From an uncultured delta proteobacterium (GTDB lineage: Bacteria; Myxococcota; Myxococcia; Myxococcales; Myxococcaceae): 64,000 nt of DNA. The position numbers and the translations under genes were made by a program. Under the pieces are notes generated by a model, which was not told the origin of the DNA, searched no databases, and saw only the letters and a list, made by a program, of their open reading frames with translations. The first letter of the stretch is position 1. Each line of letters begins with the position of its first letter. Shown piece after piece: positions 49,481 to 61,209 of this stretch. Location: assembly GCA_963796055.1 (NCBI GenBank), contig CAWCKH010000003.1, positions 96,001 to 160,000 of the forward strand. Direction: 5' to 3'.

Positions 49481-50992
49481 ATGACCATGCCGCAGTTCCT
49501 GGAGCTCGGACACCGCGGTGCCATTCGCGGCCGTACCCTGTCGATCGCCGCGGGCCTGGTGCTCGCTGCCGGCCTGCTGGTACCGCGCGCGGCGCGGGCC
49601 GCTGATCCAGCGGGTGGGCCTCTCTCGTCGCTGTCGGGGGTGCACGACCCGGGTCCACGCGGCGGGTCCCCGGGAGCGGGCGGTCATCTGCCCGGGCTGA
49701 CGGCCAGCGAGATCGCGCTGTTCAACGAGGGGCTCTTCCGCGCCTCGGAGCTGGAGGCGACCTGCGATTCGTGTAGCGACGTCCCGCCCGGCACTCCCAT
49801 CCCGCCGGGCTCCCCGCCGGACACCACGAACTCCGCGGGCCTCGGGGGCCGGTTCAACTCGGACCAGTGCCTCGCCTGCCACTCCCATCCCGCGCCGGGT
49901 GGCACCTCTCCAGCGGTGAACCCGTCGTTCGCGATTGCCCGCCACAAGGGAGCGACCAACCGAGTGCCCTTCTTCGAGACGATGGACGGGCCGACCCGCG
50001 AGGTGCGCTTCCTGTTCAAGGAGAACGGCACCCGCGACGGTTCGGTGCACCAGAAGTTCACCGTCGCCGGGCGTTCGGACGCGCCGAACTGCAAGCTCGC
50101 CCAGCCGGACTTCGAGCGCGCCGCGGTGGTGAACGGGCTCGGGTTCCGGATCCCTACGCCGCTCTTCGGCCTGGGGCTCGTCGACTCGATCCCCGATCAG
50201 GAGATCCTGGCTCACCTCGCCTCGAACCCGGAGCGAAAGCAGCGGCTCGGCGTCCACGGAACGCCGAACCGGGCGACCAACAACGCCACCATCGGTCGGT
50301 TCGGATGGAAGGCGCAGAACGCGTCGATCACCGTCTTTGCCGGCGAGGCCTACAACGTGGAGATGGGCATCACCAACGAGCTGTTCCCGATCTCCAAGAC
50401 CGAGGACGAGACCTGCAACCTCGGGGCGGAGCCCAACGACGTGACCCGGGTGGAGGATGGCAAGTTCAACGACCCGCTCGAGGTAATGGCCGACTGGGTG
50501 ATGTTCTCGCTCTTCACCAGATTCCTCGATGCGCCTCAGCCGGCCGACCTGAGCCCTGCGGCCCGCCACGGAGCCCGGCTGTTCGAGGAGGTCGGATGCA
50601 GCGAGTGCCACGTGCCGAGCATGAAGACCCGCCCGGCCCCGCTGGGACCGCTCTCCTCGGCCCTCGCCGGCAAGACGGTGAACCTCTTCTCCGACCTGGT
50701 CCTGCACCACATGGGCTCGAACCTCGCGGACAACGTGATCCAGGGGGACGCCGGACCGGACATGTTCCGCACGTCGCCACTCTGGGGGGTGGGGCAGCGG
50801 CTCTTCTTCCTGCACGACGGACGAACCCGGGACCTCCAGAGCGCGATCCGCGCCCACTACTCCCCGGCCTCCGCCGCGCACGGGCGTGACCCCGCCTATC
50901 CGGCGAGCGAGGCCAACCAGGTGGTGATCGACTACTTCCGCCTCCCCGCGAGCCACCAGCACGACGTGCTGGAATTCCTCCGGTCGCTCTGA
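49481..50992 (+). CDS. Secreted di-heme oxidoreductase family (DHOR) protein
   Basis: GLGGRFN..QCLACH, TPLFGLGL, GRFGWKA, EMGITN, GCSECH, LFSDLVLHHMG, FRTSPLWG, FLHDGR. Confidence 0.9.
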   Translation: MTMPQFLELGHRGAIRGRTLSIAAGLVLAAGLLVPRAARAADPAGGPLSSLSGVHDPGPRGGSPGAGGHLPGLTASEIALFNEGLFRASELEATCDSCSDVPPGTPIPPGSPPDTTNSAGLGGRFNSDQCLACHSHPAPGGTSPAVNPSFAIARHKGATNRVPFFETMDGPTREVRFLFKENGTRDGSVHQKFTVAGRSDAPNCKLAQPDFERAAVVNGLGFRIPTPLFGLGLVDSIPDQEILAHLASNPERKQRLGVHGTPNRATNNATIGRFGWKAQNASITVFAGEAYNVEMGITNELFPISKTEDETCNLGAEPNDVTRVEDGKFNDPLEVMADWVMFSLFTRFLDAPQPADLSPAARHGARLFEEVGCSECHVPSMKTRPAPLGPLSSALAGKTVNLFSDLVLHHMGSNLADNVIQGDAGPDMFRTSPLWGVGQRLFFLHDGRTRDLQSAIRAHYSPASAAHGRDPAYPASEANQVVIDYFRLPASHQHDVLEFLRSL

Positions 50993-51051
50993 GAGTCGAG
51001 AACGACGGCCCGGGTGCAGTCCGCGCCCCGGGCCCGCCCTCGTCGAGTGCC

Positions 51052-51429
51052 TCACCCTGCGTCGAGCACCACGGTCGCCGCAGCCACGCCGGCGTCGTGA
51101 CTCAGCGCGAGCAGCACCCGTGCGCGTCGGCCCGAGACCTCACGGGCCGCGACCCCCGTGAGCACGAACCCCGGTACGCCGTTCGCCGCCTTGACCACTT
51201 CCATGTCGCGCCAGCGGAGTCCCACCGGTGCGCCCAGCGCCTTGACCAGCGCTTCCTTGGCCGCGAACCGCGCCGCGTACGCCGTCGCCTTGTCACTCCG
51301 CCCGTCGCAGGTCGCGATCTCCGCCGGAGTGTAGACCCGCTCGCGAAAGCGTGCGCCGTTCGGGCCGTCGAGCACCCGGGCGATCCGCTCCACCGAGCAG
51401 ACGTCTATTCCCAGGCCGACCACCGCCAT
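51052..51429 (-). CDS. acpS: Holo-ACP synthase
   Basis: GLGIDV, ARFAAKEALVKALG, LSHD. Confidence 0.94.
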   Translation of the reverse strand: MAVVGLGIDVCSVERIARVLDGPNGARFRERVYTPAEIATCDGRSDKATAYAARFAAKEALVKALGAPVGLRWRDMEVVKAANGVPGFVLTGVAAREVSGRRARVLLALSHDAGVAAATVVLDAG

Positions 51430-51431
51430 GC

Positions 51432-52154
51432 TCAGCCGTCCCGCATCAAGGCGACCATGTCCCGCACCGCCCGGTCCATCCCCACCAGCACCGCCCGGGC
51501 GACGATCGCGTGCCCGATGTTCAGCTCGTCGATCTCGGCGATCCGGGCGATGGCCTGGACATTGTCGTAGTTGAGCCCGTGCCCCGCAGCGACTCCGAGG
51601 CCGAGCTTGCTTCCGGCCCGCGCGGCATCCACGACCCGCAGCAGCTCGCGGGCGCGCTCCTTCGCGTTCCGCGCCTCGCAGTACCGCCCGGTGTGCAGCT
51701 CGATCCGGTCCGCTCCGAGCTTGTGCGAGGCCCGCACCGCGTCCAGCTCGGGGTCGATGAACAGGGAGACCACGATGTCGCCGTCCTTGAGGTGCCGGAC
51801 CGCCTGGGACAGCGACTCGCGCTGCCCGGTGACGTCCAGGCCGCCCTCGGTGGTCAGCTCCTCCCGGCGCTCGGGGACGAGGGTGACCAGGTCCGGCTTC
51901 ACCTCGTAGGCGATCTTCACCATCTCCTGGGTGGCTGCCATCTCGAGGTTCAGCAGCGTCTGGCAGGTTTCCCGGAGCAGCTTGAGGTCCCGGTCCTGGA
52001 TGTGGCGGCGGTCCTCGCGGAGGTGGATGGTGATCTGCCCAGCCCCGGCCGCCTCGGCGAGCGCCGCCGCGGTCACCGGGTCCGGGTAGGTTGCGCGGCG
52101 AACCTGCCGCAGCGTGGCCACGTGGTCGACGTTCACGCCGAGTCGCTGTCCCAT
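51432..52154 (-). CDS. pdxJ: Pyridoxine 5'-phosphate synthase
   Basis: [45 protein letters not shown]. Confidence 0.96.
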   Translation of the reverse strand: MGQRLGVNVDHVATLRQVRRATYPDPVTAAALAEAAGAGQITIHLREDRRHIQDRDLKLLRETCQTLLNLEMAATQEMVKIAYEVKPDLVTLVPERREELTTEGGLDVTGQRESLSQAVRHLKDGDIVVSLFIDPELDAVRASHKLGADRIELHTGRYCEARNAKERARELLRVVDAARAGSKLGLGVAAGHGLNYDNVQAIARIAEIDELNIGHAIVARAVLVGMDRAVRDMVALMRDG

Positions 52155-52350
52155 GTGCGGCACGTTCTACCGCAAGCGGGCAACGGATACCGGCGCAGTC
52201 GACGCCTGACCGGCGCCGTACACCTGTTCCCTGGCCCGGACCTACTCCTTCACGACCACCTTGACCCGGCTTCGCGCCGGCCCTTCCAGAACTCGGTGAT
52301 GTCGTGCCACGCAGGCGCGAGCGCCCGCCGCGGGCTCTGCCATCCGGGTG

Positions 52351-53724
52351 CTAGCCGAGCGCAGCGCTCAGCGCGGCGGCGATCGACTGCGCGTGCTCCT
52401 CGTTCCGAGCTCGATCCGGTCCCTCGATGAGGATCCGCACCTTCGGCTCGGTGCCGCTGTAGCGGACGAACACCCGCCCGTCCGTGCCCAGCTTGGCCCG
52501 GACCGCCTCGATGGCGGCATTCACGCCCTCCAGGCCCTCCAGATCCTTCCGCTCCTTCACCGCGAGCGAGAGCAGGGTCTGGGGCACTGGCTCGAAGATG
52601 CTGGCCAGCTCGGACAACGGCTTCTGCTGGCGGCACATCACCGCCAGGAGCTGGAGCGCTGCCAGTGTCCCATCCCCGGTGGTCGCGTGGTCCAGGAAGA
52701 CCAGATGCCCGGACTGCTCGCCGCCGAGGCTGTGGCCTGACCGCCGCATCTCCTCCACCACGTAGCGGTCCCCCACCTTGGTCCGGACCACCTGGACCCC
52801 CCAGCGCCCCACCGCCCGCTCCAGGCCCACGTTGGACATCACCGTGGTGACCAAGGTCCGGGTCCGCAGCCGCTCCTGGGAAACCATCTCGCCGGTACAG
52901 ACGGCCATGATCGCGTCGCCGTCGACGATGCGGCCCCTCTCATCGGCGACAATCAGCCGATCGGCGTCTCCATCGAGCGCCAGGCCCAGGTGCGCCCCGT
53001 GCTCCACGACCGCCCGGGCCATGTGCTCGGGATGCACCGCGCCGCAGTCATCGTTGATGTTCACGCCGTTCGGCTCGCAGGCGAGGCTGATGACGCTGGC
53101 CCCCAGCTCCTGGAGGACCGAGGGGGCGGTCCGGTAGGCCGCGCCGTGCGCGCAGTCGACGACGATCTTCAGCCCCTCCAGCGTCAGCTCGCGAGGGAAG
53201 GTGTTCTTGAGGAACACGATGTACCGGCCCTTGGCGTCGTCCAGCCGGAAGGCCTTGCCGATCTTGTCCGCAGTGGGGCGGATCTCGTCGATCTGCCCGC
53301 TGGTGACCAGCTCCTCGAGCTTCTCCTCGGTCTCGTCCGGCAGCTTGAAGCCGTCCCGCCAGAAGAACTTGATCCCGTTGTCCTGGTAGGGGTTGTGCGA
53401 GGCGGAGATGACCGCGCCGGCGTCGGCGCGCATCGAGGTGGTGATGTTGGCGATGCCCGGCGTCGGCAGCGGCCCGACCAGCTCGACGTCGATGCCCATC
53501 GAGGTGACGCCGGCAGCCAGCGCCTGTTCCAGCATGTAGCCGGACAGACGGGTGTCCTTGCCGATCACCACCCGGTGCCGGTGGTTGCCGTTGCGGATCA
53601 GGAAGGCCAGCGCCCGGCCGAGCTGCATGGCCACTTCGGCGGTCATCGGCCAGACGTTGGCCGTCCCCCGTACGCCGTCTGTCCCGAAGAGCCGCGCCTT
53701 CCCCTGCGCCTCTGGAAGCCTCAT
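52351..53724 (-). CDS. glmM: Phosphoglucosamine mutase
   Basis: [50 protein letters not shown]. Confidence 0.96.
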   Translation of the reverse strand: MRLPEAQGKARLFGTDGVRGTANVWPMTAEVAMQLGRALAFLIRNGNHRHRVVIGKDTRLSGYMLEQALAAGVTSMGIDVELVGPLPTPGIANITTSMRADAGAVISASHNPYQDNGIKFFWRDGFKLPDETEEKLEELVTSGQIDEIRPTADKIGKAFRLDDAKGRYIVFLKNTFPRELTLEGLKIVVDCAHGAAYRTAPSVLQELGASVISLACEPNGVNINDDCGAVHPEHMARAVVEHGAHLGLALDGDADRLIVADERGRIVDGDAIMAVCTGEMVSQERLRTRTLVTTVMSNVGLERAVGRWGVQVVRTKVGDRYVVEEMRRSGHSLGGEQSGHLVFLDHATTGDGTLAALQLLAVMCRQQKPLSELASIFEPVPQTLLSLAVKERKDLEGLEGVNAAIEAVRAKLGTDGRVFVRYSGTEPKVRILIEGPDRARNEEHAQSIAAALSAALG

Positions 53725-53839
53725 CAACCTCACTTTGCTCGACCCTCCCGCCGCCCGTCACACACTCCCCGGGTCGGTCTCCCATGCTAGGGACCGCGAG
53801 CCCTCCCCGCAAGGCAAGGGAGGTGTCCAGGGGTGGGTG

Positions 53840-55732
53840 TCACTCCTCGAGCGTCGAAAGGTCGCCCGCGTCCTTGCCCAGCTCCTGGGCCTTGAGCAGC
53901 CGCCGGACGATTTTTCCGCTCCGGGTCTTCGGCAGCTTGTCGACCACCTTGATGCTGGTGGGGGTGGCGATGGGCCCGAGCTCGTGCCGCACGTGCTGGA
54001 TGAGCTCTCCCTCGAGCTGAGGAGTGGCGGTCCGGCCCGCCCGCAGGGTGCAGAAGGCCTTGATGCCCTCGCCCTTCACCGGGTCGGGGATGCCGATCAC
54101 CGCGGCCTCGGCGATGGCCGGGTGACTGACCAGTGCGCTCTCCACGTCCGCGGTGCCGATGCGGTGCCCGGCGACGTTGAGCACATCGTCGCTGCGCCCG
54201 AGCACGGTGAAGTACCCGTCCTTGTCCCAGCTGGCCACGTCGCCCGCGGCGTAGACCTGGCCGGGGATCTCCTCCCAGTACTGGCGCCAGCGCTCGTGAT
54301 CGCCCCAGACGGTCCGCATCAGGTGGGGGAACGGGCGCCGGAGCGCGAGCACCCCACCCTGCCCCTTGGGGACCTCCTTGCCATCGGTGTCCACCACCAC
54401 CGCATCCACCCCGGGCAGCGGCAACCCCACTGCGCCCGGCCTGGCGGGGATGCACAGCGGCGTCCCCAGCGCCGGCCCGCCCAGCTCGGTCTGCCACCAG
54501 TTGTCGGCGATGAACCCGCGCTTGCCGTTGTCCACCAGGTGCTGGAAGGCCCAGCGGCAGGCCTCGGGGTTCAGGGGCTCGCCGGCGACGGTGATCAGCC
54601 GGAGCGAGGAGAGGTTGGACTTCGCGGGCAGCTCGCCTCCGAACTTCATGAACATCCGGAGCGCGGTGGGGGCGGTGAAGATGACGTTCACCTTGTGCTT
54701 CTCCACCACCCGCCAGGCGATCGCCGGGTCGGGGAAGTCGATGGCGCCCTCGCGCACCACGGTGGTGATGCCCTCCACCAGCGGCGCGTAGACGATGTAT
54801 GAGTGCCCCACCACCCAGCCGATGTCGCTGGTACACCAGAAGACGTCGTCGTCCTTCAGGTCATAGAAGGTCCGGAGGTGGTAGGCGGTGCCGACCATGT
54901 AGCCGCCGTGCACGTGCACCACGCCCTTTGGCTTCCCGGTGGACCCCGAGGTGTAGAGGATGAACAGCGGGTGCTCGCTGTCCACCTGCACCGGCGCGAC
55001 GTCCGGCTTGCTGCGCTGGACCAGCTCGCGGAAATCCACCTCGCCCGGCTTCAGCGGCCGGCCGCCGCCCTTCCGCCGCTGGAACCAGACCACGTGCTCG
55101 ACGCCGAGCCCGGGAAGCGCCTCGTCGACGATTCCCTGCAGCTCGACGGTCTTCCCCCGCCGGAACCCGATGTCGCCGGCGATCATCAGCTTGGCCCCGG
55201 CGTCGACGATCCGGTCCTTGAGCGCGCCCACCCCCAGGCCCGCGTAGACCACCGAGTGGATGGCCCCGAGCCGCGCCACGGCGAGCATCGAGGCGATGCC
55301 CTCGAGCGTCAGCGGCATGTAGATGATGACCCGGTCGCCCACGCCGACGCCCAGGGAGCGCAGGCCGCTGGCCAGCTTCGATACCAGGTCCCGGAGCTCC
55401 CCGTAGGTGATGCTCCGCTCGGTCCCGTCCTCGTCGATGCAGATGAAGGCACGGTGACTCCGGCGCGGCCCATCGGCGTGACGGTCGAGCGCGTTCTCGG
55501 TGATGTTGAGCTTGCCGCCCACGAACCACTGGTGGTCCGGCACGCGCCACTCGAGCACCCGGCTCCAGGGCTGCGACCAGCGGAAGCGCTTGCCCTGCTC
55601 GCCCCAGAACCCCTGCGGGTCGGCGAGGCTCCGCGCATGCTCGGCCCGGACGTCTTGAAGGTTCGCGGCGCGGCGCACGTTGTCCGGCGCCGGAATGCCC
55701 TCGCCCACTTCGAGGAGATGCTCGAGTGCCAT
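53840..55732 (-). CDS. acs: Acetate--CoA ligase (AMP-forming)
   Basis: YTSGSTGKPKG, DNWWQTE, GRSDDVLNVAGHR, LPKTRSGKIVRR. Confidence 0.92.
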   Translation of the reverse strand: MALEHLLEVGEGIPAPDNVRRAANLQDVRAEHARSLADPQGFWGEQGKRFRWSQPWSRVLEWRVPDHQWFVGGKLNITENALDRHADGPRRSHRAFICIDEDGTERSITYGELRDLVSKLASGLRSLGVGVGDRVIIYMPLTLEGIASMLAVARLGAIHSVVYAGLGVGALKDRIVDAGAKLMIAGDIGFRRGKTVELQGIVDEALPGLGVEHVVWFQRRKGGGRPLKPGEVDFRELVQRSKPDVAPVQVDSEHPLFILYTSGSTGKPKGVVHVHGGYMVGTAYHLRTFYDLKDDDVFWCTSDIGWVVGHSYIVYAPLVEGITTVVREGAIDFPDPAIAWRVVEKHKVNVIFTAPTALRMFMKFGGELPAKSNLSSLRLITVAGEPLNPEACRWAFQHLVDNGKRGFIADNWWQTELGGPALGTPLCIPARPGAVGLPLPGVDAVVVDTDGKEVPKGQGGVLALRRPFPHLMRTVWGDHERWRQYWEEIPGQVYAAGDVASWDKDGYFTVLGRSDDVLNVAGHRIGTADVESALVSHPAIAEAAVIGIPDPVKGEGIKAFCTLRAGRTATPQLEGELIQHVRHELGPIATPTSIKVVDKLPKTRSGKIVRRLLKAQELGKDAGDLSTLEE

Positions 55733-55843
55733 GCCGCCCTCCGGAAGGTTTCACGAGAGAACAGGCCATGCGTCCATGGCGATTTCAAGTTGGACCCTGG
55801 CCGCGCAAGATTCTGCGCACTGTCCAGCGCTCGGTGCAGGGCG

Positions 55844-57061
55844 TCAGGGCCGCGGCGGACCCCACGCGTCGCCCCCCTCGCAGGCCCGGGCGATGGCGTC
55901 GGCGACGGCCAGCGCGTCCCTCACCTCGGAGACGTCGTGCACCCGCACCACGTCCGCACCGTGGAGCACGGCCAGCGCGGCGACGGAGGCCAGGGTGCCA
56001 GGAAGTCGCTCCTCGGGAGACCGGCCGCCAGCTAGGGCCCCGAGGAACCGCTTGCGGCTGGTCCCCACCAGGACCGGGGCGCCCAGGATCCGGAATTCGG
56101 CGAGGTGGCGGATCAGGAACAGGTTGTGTCCCACCGTCTTTCCGAAGCCGATGCCCGGGTCCACCCAGATGCGCTCCCGCCGCACCCCGGCGGCGACTGC
56201 TCGGTCGATGCTCGAGGCGAGCGACTCGATGACCTGGGCGACCACGTCGTCGTAGCGGGGGTCGACCTGCATCGTCGCCGGCGTCCCCTGGATGTGCATC
56301 AGCGCCAGCGCCGCGCCGGCCCGGGACACCACCTCCGCCAGGGCCGGATCGTGTCCGAGCCCGCTCACGTCGTTGACCAGGACCGCGCCCGCCTCCAGCG
56401 CCTGCCGGGCGACCTCCGCCTTCCGGGTGTCGATCGACAGGGGGACGTCGGTCGCGGCGTGGACCGCCTCGAGGACCGGGAGCACCCGTTCGAGCTCCAC
56501 CTCGACCGGGACCTCGTCCGCGCCGGGCCGGGTGGACTCGCCGCCGATGTCCAGGAGGTCTGCCCCCGCTCTGGCCAGCGAGAGAGCGTGCTGGACGGCG
56601 GCCTCGCGCTCGAGGTGCCGACCACCGTCGCTGAAGCTGTCGGGCGTGACGTTCACCACCCCCATGACCTGGGTGCGCTCGCCCCAGCGGAAGGTGCGGG
56701 CGCCCAGCACCGTGGGGTCTGGCGGGACGTCCGTCGCGGTGGCGGCGTCGAGGGCCCGGGCCAGCTCGCCCAGTCCCCTCCCTTCGGCGCGTCTGGCCAG
56801 CGCCTCGATGCCGGCGCGCGTCCCGGAAACGGTGGCGGCGCCCGGCCGCCGGTCGGGGTCGGAGAGGATGACCGTCACCCGCGTGTCCTCCACCTCGCGA
56901 AGGCAGCGCAAGCCCGCAGCGTCGAGACCGGTCACCAGGAGATGTGCCCGACCCACCGACGCGAGCAAGGGCTGCCGCACCGCTGGCAGAAGCCCGAGCC
57001 GTTCCCACGCGGGCTCGAGGTCGTCGTCGCGGTCGATGCGGATGGGCCGGGCGAGGAGCAC
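55844..57061 (-). CDS. folP: Dihydropteroate synthase with an N-terminal extension
   Basis: MGVVNVTPDSFSDGG, DIGGESTRPG, SIDT, DPGIGFGK, SRKRF, RVHDV; AAGGAGG RBS + GTG. Confidence 0.94.
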   Translation of the reverse strand: MLLARPIRIDRDDDLEPAWERLGLLPAVRQPLLASVGRAHLLVTGLDAAGLRCLREVEDTRVTVILSDPDRRPGAATVSGTRAGIEALARRAEGRGLGELARALDAATATDVPPDPTVLGARTFRWGERTQVMGVVNVTPDSFSDGGRHLEREAAVQHALSLARAGADLLDIGGESTRPGADEVPVEVELERVLPVLEAVHAATDVPLSIDTRKAEVARQALEAGAVLVNDVSGLGHDPALAEVVSRAGAALALMHIQGTPATMQVDPRYDDVVAQVIESLASSIDRAVAAGVRRERIWVDPGIGFGKTVGHNLFLIRHLAEFRILGAPVLVGTSRKRFLGALAGGRSPEERLPGTLASVAALAVLHGADVVRVHDVSEVRDALAVADAIARACEGGDAWGPPRP

Positions 57062-57230
57062 CCCTCCTTGCTAGCAGAAGTCGGAATCCGCTCGCTCAGG
57101 TCCCCGGCGGGAAGGGGGAGCAGCTGCCGAAGCGGCAACTCCCGCCCAGGCACTGGGAGCCGAAGGCGCACTGGGAGGTGGCGCCGGCCCGGGCCAGCGA
57201 GGGCAGCAGAAGACGGCGGTGACGACCGCT

Positions 57231-59144
<1,914 letters not shown>

Positions 59145-59267
59145 GTGTGGACTGCCCCTTTCGACTCCGGGCGCGACCTCCGACCCCGGCCGAGGTCGGA
59201 GATCCAGCATTCTGACGGGCCCTTCGGGCCAGTCGCAAGCACTCGAACAGGCACGGCCGTTCTGCGC

Positions 59268-60587
59268 CTATAACGAACCCTCCCCTCCAGCGCTCGGCCC
59301 CACCGTGCCGGGGCGCTCGAGGGGCTCGGCGCGCAGGAACGGCCCCGGGCCGGGGTGTGCACGCGGCCACAGCGCCACCACCCACAGCACGCGCCCGCGC
59401 GCGTCCGCCACCAGGGGCCAGCCCCCCCGCGCCTCGACCGGGACAGAGGCGTCGACGAGCACGTCCTGCACCCGGCGGGTGGGCCCTGCCTCCGGTCCGA
59501 CGCGGTCTCCCGGTCGCCGGGCGCGCACCCGGAGCGGCGGCGTCGCATCGCCCACCGGGATCCCCGGCCCGTCCCCGAGCGAGACCCGGAAGCCGCCGAA
59601 TTCCACCGGCAGGCCGGTTCCGAGCTCCCGCGCGAGCGGCTCCGCTCCCACCTCCCGGGGCAGCACCCGGACCCAGCCGCCCTCGGCGGCGAGCACCGCC
59701 CGACCCAGCAGGCCCGTCTTCCCGCCCCGGTCGACGGCGGCGCCCACCTCGCGCAGCAGGCGATCGGACACCGGCTGTCCCTGGGCCTCCAGCCAGGCCC
59801 GGAGGACCCGGGCGCGAATGGGCCAGGGGAGTGCGCGAACCCCCACCGCGTCGAGCCCCGCGCCCTGGCGCACCCGCTCGAGGGCCTGCGCCGCGAGTCC
59901 CGACAGGAGGTCCTCGTCCTCGGCCGCCGACCGGGCGAAGCGTGCCAGCCGCTCCACCACCGACGGCCCCGCCGCCTGCCGCAGGACGGGCAACACGTGG
60001 TGACGGATGCGGCTCCGGAACAACCCGGGATCCTCGTTGCTCGGGTCGCGCACCGGCTCGAGCCCCGCGGCCGCCACCATCGCCTCGGTCTGGGCGCGAC
60101 GGATGGTGAGCAGCGGTCTCATCAGCCGGGGCCGGTCCGTCCGGATGGAGGCCGCTCCCCGGAGAGCCGACCCCCGTGCCAGCCGCATCAGCAGGGTCTC
60201 GGCCTGGTCCTCCGCGGTGTGCGCGGTGGCAATGGCGTCGTAGCCGTGCTCCCGGGCGATCCGGTCCAGTGCCGCGTACCGGGCCAGCCGGGCCCGTGCC
60301 TCGGCCCCCGGACCCGGCAGGAGCCCCAGCGACTGGGTGTGGAACGGCAGGCCGAGCGCCCGGGCCAGCGCCCCGACCCGTTCCACCTCGGCAGCCGCCT
60401 CCCCCCGGAGCCCATGGTCGAGGGAGGCCACCCCCGTCCGGTCGCCTGCCACCCTGGCGGCCGCGACCAGCAGAGCGAGCGAGTCCACCCCGCCGGACAC
60501 AGCCACGAGAATTCTTCCGGCCTGGCGCCCGAAAGCGGCCTCAACCGCCTTCTCGATGACAGCTCGGTCTCGCCCGTCGTCGTGCAT
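59268..60587 (-). CDS. tilS: tRNA(Ile)-lysidine synthetase
   Basis: VAVSGGVDS, DHGLR, TAHTAEDQAETLLMRL, RPLL, DPSN; start uncertain. Confidence 0.92.
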   Translation of the reverse strand: MHDDGRDRAVIEKAVEAAFGRQAGRILVAVSGGVDSLALLVAAARVAGDRTGVASLDHGLRGEAAAEVERVGALARALGLPFHTQSLGLLPGPGAEARARLARYAALDRIAREHGYDAIATAHTAEDQAETLLMRLARGSALRGAASIRTDRPRLMRPLLTIRRAQTEAMVAAAGLEPVRDPSNEDPGLFRSRIRHHVLPVLRQAAGPSVVERLARFARSAAEDEDLLSGLAAQALERVRQGAGLDAVGVRALPWPIRARVLRAWLEAQGQPVSDRLLREVGAAVDRGGKTGLLGRAVLAAEGGWVRVLPREVGAEPLARELGTGLPVEFGGFRVSLGDGPGIPVGDATPPLRVRARRPGDRVGPEAGPTRRVQDVLVDASVPVEARGGWPLVADARGRVLWVVALWPRAHPGPGPFLRAEPLERPGTVGPSAGGEGSL

Positions 60588-60746
60588 GCGACAGCCATCC
60601 ACACCCGTGAGGGGACATCGCACCCGTCAGCAGGTTGAGACGCGTGGGTGCGGGCCTTAGAATGACAGTGACTCGGTGGCAGTGGCGATGGGGGTGAGGA
60701 ATGGGCGAGCCACCGCGCATGTTCTGACTTTCGAAAATCTGAGTGT

Positions 60747-60870
60747 TGGGCCTAGGGGTCCCCCCCCTCCCCCTCTGGGCCCACGGGGGTCGCAGGGAGA
60801 TTTCTCTCTGCCGCCCCTTCTTTCCCGGGCGCCCCGGTTCCGTCGCTGGAACCGGGGCGTTCGCTTTCGT
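60747..60870 (+). ncRNA. Candidate three-stem-loop sRNA with a C-rich loop (Pxr-like architecture)
   Basis: SL1 60747-83 (12 bp, loop TCCCCCCCCTCCC); SL2 60786-817; linker TTCTTTCCC; SL3 60827-62 (15 bp) followed by GCTTTCGT; G-U pairs favour +. Confidence 0.6.
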
Positions 60871-60999
60871 GGAACTCAGCCAAATGATTGACCGATCCGC
60901 TGCCGTGGCGGAGACTCCCCCCCAGAGCACGTCGGCGCACGTCCGACTGGGACGGAAGTCCGACGTTGACCGTTGACCTGACCCCGGGAGCACCAAGCG

Positions 61000-61209
61000 A
61001 TGGCCGGAACCGACAAGCGCAAGCAGAGTTTGTACTTCCCGGAGGAGATGCTCCGGGAGATCCAGGAGGAGGCCACGAGGCAGGACCGCTCGCTCTCCTG
61101 GGTGGTGCAGCAGGCGTGGCGGATCGCCCGCGAGCGCATCAAGGCCTTTCCTGCGGTGAACGATGTGACGGGCGAGCCCGCGCTCCCCGACACACGCGAG
61201 GAGGCCTGA
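61000..61209 (+). CDS. TIGR04563-family small protein (copy 1)
   Basis: TDKRKQSLYFPEEML.EI..EA.RQDRSLSW.VQQAW signature; GGGAG RBS. Confidence 0.88.
   Translation: MAGTDKRKQSLYFPEEMLREIQEEATRQDRSLSWVVQQAWRIARERIKAFPAVNDVTGEPALPDTREEA

Noticed and set aside
52240..52345. Coding-like scrap (WHDITEFWKGRR / RVKVVVKE*) between glmM and pdxJ
   Set aside because: Too short, split across frames, no start; cannot be supported as a gene
59178..59201. Hairpin CTCCGACC/GGTCGGAG upstream of ftsH as an att site or CIRCE
   Set aside because: Does not match CIRCE or the tRNA end; an isolated GC hairpin
60702..60716. GG-N10-GC upstream of the candidate sRNA as a sigma54 promoter
   Set aside because: Poor match outside the dinucleotides (no TGGCAC or TTGC); likely chance at this GC content
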